Assembly: GCA_016179105.1 (NCBI GenBank)
Contig: JACOSB010000120.1
Span: forward strand, 489-64,488
Direction of reading: 5' to 3'
Length of the DNA: 64,000 nucleotides
From: Candidatus Acetothermia bacterium
Lineage (GTDB): Bacteria; Bipolaricaulota; Bipolaricaulia; RBG-16-55-9; DRXL01
Part shown: one piece after another, positions 27,089 through 33,563 of the stretch
Position numbering within the stretch: position 1 is the first letter of the stretch
How the letters are laid out: each line of letters begins with the position of its first letter
Notes under the pieces: generated by a model
Database searches by the model: none
Told to the model about the DNA's origin: nothing
The model's input: only the letters and a program-made list of their open reading frames with translations
Position numbers and translations under genes: made by a program

Positions 27089-29227
27089 ATGAACGTCAAG
27101 AATTCACTGAAGCTCTTGGTCGTCCTGTCGCTGTTAGCTTTCTCAACAGCGGTGGCAGCTCAACCGGTGTCGTCGTTCCACGTGTTTGTGGAAAAACAAG
27201 CTTCCAATTATTTCTTCTCAGTGCAGGGAGAGAACGTCGCGTCCACACGAGTGGAGGTTTTGGGTCTAAACGGTAGGCCGATCTTTGATAGCGGATGGAT
27301 ACTGGGGCAGACGGTGGCTTGGCCGCTGATGACTCTTAATGGGCAACCTGCCGCCAATGGAGTCTATCTCTATGCAATCAGCGTAAGAGATCAGCAGGGT
27401 AAGGAACAGCGCAAGCTGGGCAAACTGGCAATCGTGCAGGGGCTGAAGCTGTTGTTGAGCACGCCTGACGTGGACGATCTGGTTCAGGTCCAGCCGATGG
27501 CTTCGGGGGCGCAATGGAAAGAGCGTCTGGCAAAGGATGGACAAGATAATTTTCGGATTCTGCGCAATGGTGCTGCGCTACTGACCCTGGACAGTAGCAG
27601 CCGACTGACGGTGGCTCAGCTTTGCTTGGCGGGAGATTGTCGCAACGTCTGGCCCGCAGGCGGAGGTCCCACTCTCGCCTGGTTGCTCAGCGGCAACGCG
27701 GGTACCACGGCAGGCACGAACTTTTTGGGAACTACGGACAATGTCGCTCTGGAACTGAAAGTGAACAGCCAGCGCGCGCTGCGCATTGAGCCTGGTTCGA
27801 CACCCAATCTCATCGAAGGCTTTAGCGGCAACTTTGCTGGCGCGGGCGTAGTCGGCGCCGCTATCGGCGGCGGCGGAGCCAACGGCACCAATAATCGAGT
27901 GCTCGACGATTTTAGTACGATCGGCGGGGGATTGAATAACCAGGCGGGTGATGGCAATGGATCCACAGCAGACCACGAGTTGGCGACCGTCGGCGGAGGA
28001 GCAGGCAACCAAGCCACCGGTAATAATTCTACCGTGGGTGGAGGTCTAGGGAACACTGCCAGCGGTGGTTTCTCCACGATTCCCGGGGGGATGTTCAACA
28101 CAGCCTTGGGTGATTTCAGCTTTGCCGCAGGCCGACGTGCCAAGGCTAACAATCAGGGCAGCTTCGTCTGGGCTGATAATTCAGTCGATGCTGACTTCGC
28201 TTCCACAGCAGACAATCAGTTCCTTATTCGCGCGAGTAAAGTCGGCATCGGCACGACGACGCCTGGGTATAAATTGGACGTCAACGGGGTCGGGCGCTTC
28301 CAGGGCTTAGAGGGCGGAGCGTCCAGCGGCGCAGGAGTAGAGATCCAGTATGGCAATGTGGGTGGAGCAACCCGCGGTATCGTCTTTGCGTTTGACCGGT
28401 CGGCAGGAGCTCCCCGAGATTTGCTCTTAAACCACCCCGGCGGCAATGTCGGCATTGGCACGACCAGCCCCAGTGCCGGGCTAACTGTCCGTGACGTAAA
28501 TCCCAGCGCCTTGAACTTTGTCTTTCGAATAGAAGACTCGACTGGGGCTCAACTATTCGCGGTCGACGACATCGGACGCGCAGGGACGAAAAGCGGCTTC
28601 ACCGTTGGTGCCTTCGCGCCAGCCACGACTACTCACGTTTGTCGCACCACCGCTCCGCCAAGCGGCCCGGGCATATTGGCCGAGTGTTCATCGGCAGCAG
28701 AGTATGTCCCCACTGTGGAAGATAGCAATGGATATCCCGAAACCGGAGATCTGGTGCGCGTTCTGCCCTCAGTCAAAAATCCCTTCGGAGATAAACACTC
28801 ACCTTTCGTCGTAACCAAGACCAGCAAGCCGTGCGATAGCGATCTATTGGGTTTCTTGCTCAAGCCCGAGCTGGGAGCAGATGGTCCGAAGTTGAACGAA
28901 CACTATCGGCCGCTCGCGATCTTCGGCTACTTTCCCGCCAAAGTGACTATGGAGAACGGGACTATTAAGCGAGGCGATCCGATCACGTCGAGCTCTAAGC
29001 CCGGCTACGGCATGAAAGCGACCCAAGCGTGCAAGATCATCGGTTATGCGCTCGAAGATGCAGATAGAGAAGGAACGATTCAGATCTTCGCGCACTTGAG
29101 CGAGAGTGCAGCGCCGGAAGTGACGGCGCTCCGAGCGCAAGTGCAAGAGCTGCACCAACAATTGCAACAAGTACTGAGCCAGTTGGATGCGATCAAAGCC
29201 AAGGTAGGGTCAACACCGATAAAGTAA
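27089..29227 (+). CDS. Secreted tail-fibre-like protein C1 (five GGGxxN repeats; type-X C-terminus)
   Basis: RBS AAGGAGG + ATG 27089; signal peptide; NGVYLY; WLLSGNAGT..GTNFLGTTDN; T[IV]GGG..N.A repeats; SFVWAD; VGIGT; CSSAAEYVP domain. Confidence 0.85.
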   Translation: MNVKNSLKLLVVLSLLAFSTAVAAQPVSSFHVFVEKQASNYFFSVQGENVASTRVEVLGLNGRPIFDSGWILGQTVAWPLMTLNGQPAANGVYLYAISVRDQQGKEQRKLGKLAIVQGLKLLLSTPDVDDLVQVQPMASGAQWKERLAKDGQDNFRILRNGAALLTLDSSSRLTVAQLCLAGDCRNVWPAGGGPTLAWLLSGNAGTTAGTNFLGTTDNVALELKVNSQRALRIEPGSTPNLIEGFSGNFAGAGVVGAAIGGGGANGTNNRVLDDFSTIGGGLNNQAGDGNGSTADHELATVGGGAGNQATGNNSTVGGGLGNTASGGFSTIPGGMFNTALGDFSFAAGRRAKANNQGSFVWADNSVDADFASTADNQFLIRASKVGIGTTTPGYKLDVNGVGRFQGLEGGASSGAGVEIQYGNVGGATRGIVFAFDRSAGAPRDLLLNHPGGNVGIGTTSPSAGLTVRDVNPSALNFVFRIEDSTGAQLFAVDDIGRAGTKSGFTVGAFAPATTTHVCRTTAPPSGPGILAECSSAAEYVPTVEDSNGYPETGDLVRVLPSVKNPFGDKHSPFVVTKTSKPCDSDLLGFLLKPELGADGPKLNEHYRPLAIFGYFPAKVTMENGTIKRGDPITSSSKPGYGMKATQACKIIGYALEDADREGTIQIFAHLSESAAPEVTALRAQVQELHQQLQQVLSQLDAIKAKVGSTPIK

Positions 29228-29377
29228 ACTGGAATGAAAGCAAAAAACTCACTGGGCCGGGCAAGCTCTGCTCGGCTCCTGTGATTTTCTGGTAGCTGGG
29301 TGCTGGAGCAGCTAACCTGAAGTCGAGCGATCGAGTTGGAACCAAGCGATTGGGGAAATCCCAAAGGAGGGGTCAAG

Positions 29378-31540
29378 ATGAAAGTCAAGAATTCACTCAA
29401 GTTGTGGGTCGTCCTGTCGCTGTTAGCCGTTTCGACAGCAGTGGCCGCAGGACAAGCGTCGTCGTTCCAAGTGCTCGTGGAGGAGCAAGCTTCCAGTTAC
29501 CTCTTCTCGGTACAAGGAGAGAATGTCACCTCCACGCGATTGGAGATTTTGGGCTTAAACGGTAGGCCGATCTTCGACAGCGGATGGATACTGGGGCAGA
29601 CGGTGGCATGGCCGCTGGTGACTCCGACTGGACGACCCGCCGCCAATGGAGTTTATCTCTATGCGATCGGCGTGCGAGATCAGAAGGGCAAAGAAGAGCG
29701 CAAACTGAGCAAACTGGCAATTTTTCATGAGCTACAAGCCTCACTGAGCGTTCCGAGCATAGGCGAAATATCTCAAATTGGGCCATCGGCTCTCCCGGCT
29801 GGAGTGAAGTGGCAAGAGAAGTTGGGCAAAGATAGCGTAGACAATTTTCGGATTCAGCGCCGCCCAGGCAACGGGCAGCCTTTCCAAGACTTGCTGATCC
29901 TAGACAATGCCAGTCGACTGACAGTAGCTCAGATCTGTCTGGCCGGCGACTGCCGCAACGTCTGGCCGGGAGGTGGAGGACCCACTCTGGCCTGGTTGCT
30001 CACCGGCAATGCGGGTACTACAGCGGGCACCAACTTCTTGGGCACAACCGATAACCAGCCGCTTGAGATGCGCGTGAACAACCAGCGGGCGCTGCGCATT
30101 GAGCCGAATGCGACGAGCCCCAACTGGATCGGGGGCTTCAGCGGTAACTCTGTCCGCGCGGGCGTGGCCGGTGCCACAATCGGCGGTGGCGGAAGCGGAG
30201 ATGTTGGAAGAATAAATAAAGTTTTAGAGGAATTTGGCACGGTGAGCGGAGGCTTTGACAATACAGCTGGCGCTGCCTGGGCCACCGTGGGCGGGGGCGC
30301 TGGCAACACCGCCAGCGGCACTCAGGCCACGGTGGGCGGAGGCTTTAGCAACACAGCCAGCGCTCTCGCTCTCTCGGCCACAGTGGGCGGGGGAGGGTTC
30401 AACACAGTCAGCAACGGGTATGCCACCGTGGGCGGAGGCTTCACTAACACCGCCGGCGGCCAGTTTGCCACGGTGGGCGGGGGCAAGAACAATACAGCCC
30501 CCGAGACCAGTTCCACAGTAGGTGGTGGGTTCGGCAACGGGGCAACCGGCCTAGACTCTATAGTGGGCGGAGGCAACCAAAACACGGCGGGCGCTTCTTG
30601 GGCCACCGTGGGCGGGGGCAAGATCAACACGGCTCTTGGCATCAGTTCCACTGTAGGCGGCGGCTTCTCCAATGCGGCCAGCGGCCTTGATTCCACAGTG
30701 CCCGGAGGCCACCAAAACTTCGCCCAGGGGAATTACAGTTTTGCTGCAGGGTTTAGAGCCAAAGCTAACGATCAAGGTGCTTTCGTCTGGGCCGATTCCA
30801 CCGACGCGGATTTCACCTCTACCGCGGCCAATCAGTTCAGTGTACGCGCGAACGGTGGTGCCCGCTTCATCACTCAGCTTTCTACTCCTACCTTTACTTT
30901 AGCGGCTCTCCAGGTGGAGACCGGCGCCACTGGCGGTGAAGCCGCCTGGTTGCGCATAACGAGTTCGGCCAATCCCCAACCGGTCATCAAGCTGCTCAAG
31001 CATCCGAGCGGTACCAATAACTTCCTAGAATGCAGTAATTTCGACAGCACCACCGAGACCACCAAGTGTCATATCAATAAAGATGGTGCCTTCGTGGCGG
31101 GCTCCGACTTTGCCGAATCGCTCCCAGCCAAAGACGGTAAAGCGAACTATGAGCCAGGAGATGTGCTCGTCCTCAGTGTAGATCGACCGGGAGCAGTCCA
31201 GAAGTCAAACCAGCCTTACGATCCAAGAGTGGCGGGCGTCTATTCGACACGGCCTGCGGTGCTGGGTGCCGAAAAGGGCGGAGGAGAGACGCGAGTGGAC
31301 CCTAACGAAATCCCGGTGGCCATCGTGGGGATCGTGCCCGTGAAGGTGACGGCCGAGAATGGAGAGATTCAGCCCGGCGACTTGCTGACAACGTCTAGCG
31401 TGCCCGGCTATGCCATGAAAGCGAAAGCGGTCGTAGTCAATGGGATTGCGATCTATCCCACGGGAACGATCCTGGGGAAGGCTGTGGAGCCGCTGAAAAG
31501 CGGGGCGGGTGTCATCAAAGTGTTGGTGATGCTGCGCTAG
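29378..31540 (+). CDS. Secreted tail-fibre-like protein C2 (twelve GGGxxN repeats; type-Y C-terminus)
   Basis: RBS AAGGAGG + ATG 29378; signal peptide; NGVYLY; ~15-aa ATVGGGxxNxA repeats; DFAESL...PGDVL...GVYSTRP...VPVKVTAENG.I.PGDLL...GTILGKA. Confidence 0.85.
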   Translation: MKVKNSLKLWVVLSLLAVSTAVAAGQASSFQVLVEEQASSYLFSVQGENVTSTRLEILGLNGRPIFDSGWILGQTVAWPLVTPTGRPAANGVYLYAIGVRDQKGKEERKLSKLAIFHELQASLSVPSIGEISQIGPSALPAGVKWQEKLGKDSVDNFRIQRRPGNGQPFQDLLILDNASRLTVAQICLAGDCRNVWPGGGGPTLAWLLTGNAGTTAGTNFLGTTDNQPLEMRVNNQRALRIEPNATSPNWIGGFSGNSVRAGVAGATIGGGGSGDVGRINKVLEEFGTVSGGFDNTAGAAWATVGGGAGNTASGTQATVGGGFSNTASALALSATVGGGGFNTVSNGYATVGGGFTNTAGGQFATVGGGKNNTAPETSSTVGGGFGNGATGLDSIVGGGNQNTAGASWATVGGGKINTALGISSTVGGGFSNAASGLDSTVPGGHQNFAQGNYSFAAGFRAKANDQGAFVWADSTDADFTSTAANQFSVRANGGARFITQLSTPTFTLAALQVETGATGGEAAWLRITSSANPQPVIKLLKHPSGTNNFLECSNFDSTTETTKCHINKDGAFVAGSDFAESLPAKDGKANYEPGDVLVLSVDRPGAVQKSNQPYDPRVAGVYSTRPAVLGAEKGGGETRVDPNEIPVAIVGIVPVKVTAENGEIQPGDLLTTSSVPGYAMKAKAVVVNGIAIYPTGTILGKAVEPLKSGAGVIKVLVMLR

Positions 31541-31570
31541 GGTAGTTTCTTTGAGGTGAAAACGTTTTTT

Positions 31571-31597
31571 GTAGGAGCGAGGTCACCTCGCCCCTGC
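31571..31597. repeat. GTAG-type REP palindrome (degenerate)
   Basis: GTAGGAGCGAGGTCACCTCGCCCCTGC; near-identical to the copy at 32798. Confidence 0.75.
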
Positions 31598-31670
31598 AGG
31601 TCTCATGTCCCAATTGGGAGTGCGCAATTCCGGCACCCTCTTCTTCTAAGAGCAAGGCTATAATGACGCC

Positions 31671-32606
31671 ATGCTCTCGGAATGGATGGCCTTTGTTGTC
31701 TCTGGATTGATCGCAGTTTATCTCACGCGCGCGAGCATCGGTTTCTCGCCGACGATCGGTTTAGTCGATGTGCCCGACGCCCGCAAGCGCCATAACGGCC
31801 ATGTCGCGCTTGCGGGTTGGGCACTAGTAATTGCGTCGTTGATCGGAATTCTGTCGGCTATAAATTTCTCGCGCGAGTGGTCGGGGCTCTGGCTGGGAAG
31901 CTTGATCGCCGCCACGACCGGGCTTATGGATGATGGACGCGGCTTGAGCCCTAAACTCAAAGCGCTCGGCCAACTGCTCGCAGCTTTAGTTGCTGTCCTG
32001 TTATCGCCGTGGAGCATCGACTCGATCCGGATTTTCGGGTTTGAGATCTCGCTGGGATGGCTTGCAGTTCCCTTCGCGATCTTCTGGATCATGGGAGCAA
32101 TCAACGCGCTCAACCTCATCGATGGGCTCGATGGATTAGCCGCCGGTGCGACCGCGATCATCTCAGCTGTTTGTGCTTTGATGGCATGGCAGTCGGGCAA
32201 TCTTGCGATGATGGCGCTCGCTCTCGCGATCTGTGGGACGACGCTCGGCTTTCTCGTGTACAATTTCTGCCCGGCTAAGGTTTTTATGGGTGACACCGGC
32301 AGTCACTTTCTCGGGTACTGGCTCGCAATTCTCACGGTGCAAGCGACACAATCTTCACTAAGTTCACCGACCCACGTTCCGTTACTGATCTCAGTTTTGC
32401 TCTTGGGATTGCCTGTTGCTGATACGGGTTGGGCCATTCTCAGACGCTTACGCGCGTATCAATCTATCACAGCTGCAGATTGCGGGCACATCCACCATCG
32501 TCTGTTGGCAAGGGGCTGGGGATGTATGAAGACAGTTTTGGTACTTTACGCTGTGATTGGTTTCTTATCTTTCTTAGCACTATTGCTCTTCTGGTTCAAC
32601 GTCTGA
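31671..32606 (+). CDS. Undecaprenyl-phosphate GlcNAc-1-P transferase (WecA/TagO, glycosyltransferase family 4)
   Basis: DVPDARKRH, GLMDD, NALNLIDGLDGLA, YNF.PAKVFMGDTGS, HIHHRLL. Confidence 0.9.
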   Translation: MLSEWMAFVVSGLIAVYLTRASIGFSPTIGLVDVPDARKRHNGHVALAGWALVIASLIGILSAINFSREWSGLWLGSLIAATTGLMDDGRGLSPKLKALGQLLAALVAVLLSPWSIDSIRIFGFEISLGWLAVPFAIFWIMGAINALNLIDGLDGLAAGATAIISAVCALMAWQSGNLAMMALALAICGTTLGFLVYNFCPAKVFMGDTGSHFLGYWLAILTVQATQSSLSSPTHVPLLISVLLLGLPVADTGWAILRRLRAYQSITAADCGHIHHRLLARGWGCMKTVLVLYAVIGFLSFLALLLFWFNV

Positions 32607-32675
32607 GGAAATGGGAAATTTTGGTGAAAGCTCTCGCTCAAGATTAGCTGAAGAATGAAGGTGAAGCGGAGCTTC

Positions 32676-32751
32676 TGGTGGAGACGACCGGAGTCGAACC
32701 GGCGACCTCTGCGTTGCGAACGCAGCGCTCTCCCAACTGAGCTACGTCCCC
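32676..32751 (-). tRNA. tRNA-Ala (anticodon CGC)
   Basis: GGGGACGTAGCTCAGTTGGGAGAGCGCTGCGTT-CGC-AACGCAGAGGTCGCCGGTTCGACTCCGGTCGTCTCCACCA; G3:U70 pair, TTCGA loop, encoded CCA. Confidence 0.97.
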
Positions 32752-32797
32752 AAGAATGAGTTTATTATAGCATCACAATCCGATGACGACAAGGATT

Positions 32798-32824
32798 GTA
32801 GGGGCGAGGTCACCTCGCCCCTAC
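32798..32824. repeat. GTAG-type REP palindrome
   Basis: GTAGGGGCGAGGT-C-ACCTCGCCCCTAC. Confidence 0.85.
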
Positions 32825-32861
32825 GCGCGCGCCCTTACGGGGTGCGAGCTCCACGCCATAG

Positions 32862-33539
32862 CTAGAGTCGCTTGAGCAATTCTTCCGCTTCAGCCTTGGT
32901 CTTCTTGTCTTCCAACGATTCGATCTGGCCCTCGATCGATTCCTTGTACATGCGCTCCTTGGCCGCCGCTTGGTCTTCCATCTGGTTGATCTGTGTCTCC
33001 AGCTGCGCGACCTGGCCACCAATATCTGCTTTGCCCAGACGCTGAGACGTAGACTGCAACTGCTCGCTGAGCTTGGCAGCCTTTAAGCGCAATAAGAAAG
33101 ATTCTCGATTGATGAGAAGCTGTTGCAGCTGACCCTTCGCGGCGTCGACCAAGCGCTTAGCCGAGGTGGATTTTTCGGTCGCGCTTGTGATGTCCGCTCT
33201 CAACTTGTCCAGTGCTCTTTGGGTGTTGACGATTTGCTGCGCAAACTGAAGAGCCGCTGAGTCGTTGCCCGCTGCTTTGAACGCTTTGGCCCGCTCCGTG
33301 TAAACTTCGACCTCGTTCTCATACTCGCGTGTTTGACGCTTGAGTGCCTCTTCACTTTGGTAGATGTCGAGTAAGTCTTTCTCAGCCTCGGCGATCGCGG
33401 CTTTCGTGTTCTCGACCACGTAATTGTAGGCCGCTACGGGGTCAGCATTCTTGACTTTCTTCAACACTTCCAGCGTGTTCATCTGAACGATGTCGCTCAG
33501 GTCCTGCCAGACTTTTGCCGTGAAATCCAAAAAACGCAT
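32862..33539 (-). CDS. pspA: PspA/IM30 (ESCRT-III-like) family protein
   Basis: N-terminal amphipathic helix, DP motif, all-helical coiled coil, A..AGND..A, C-terminal EELLKRL; 225 aa. Confidence 0.75.
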   Translation of the reverse strand: MRFLDFTAKVWQDLSDIVQMNTLEVLKKVKNADPVAAYNYVVENTKAAIAEAEKDLLDIYQSEEALKRQTREYENEVEVYTERAKAFKAAGNDSAALQFAQQIVNTQRALDKLRADITSATEKSTSAKRLVDAAKGQLQQLLINRESFLLRLKAAKLSEQLQSTSQRLGKADIGGQVAQLETQINQMEDQAAAKERMYKESIEGQIESLEDKKTKAEAEELLKRL

Positions 33540-33563
33540 CTTGCCCTCCTTAGGCGTCTAAAA

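Noticed and set aside
15222-31540. Prophage or tailocin
   Set aside because: No terminase, capsid, portal, sheath, baseplate, lysis or integrase genes, and all fibres have signal peptides.
15222-31540. Shufflon or diversity-generating retroelement
   Set aside because: All cassettes are full genes in one orientation; no recombinase, inverted crossover sites, reverse transcriptase or adenine-specific TR/VR pair seen.
32676-32751. tRNA-Ala as integration site of the fibre island
   Set aside because: No duplicated tRNA 3' end or integrase seen in the window.
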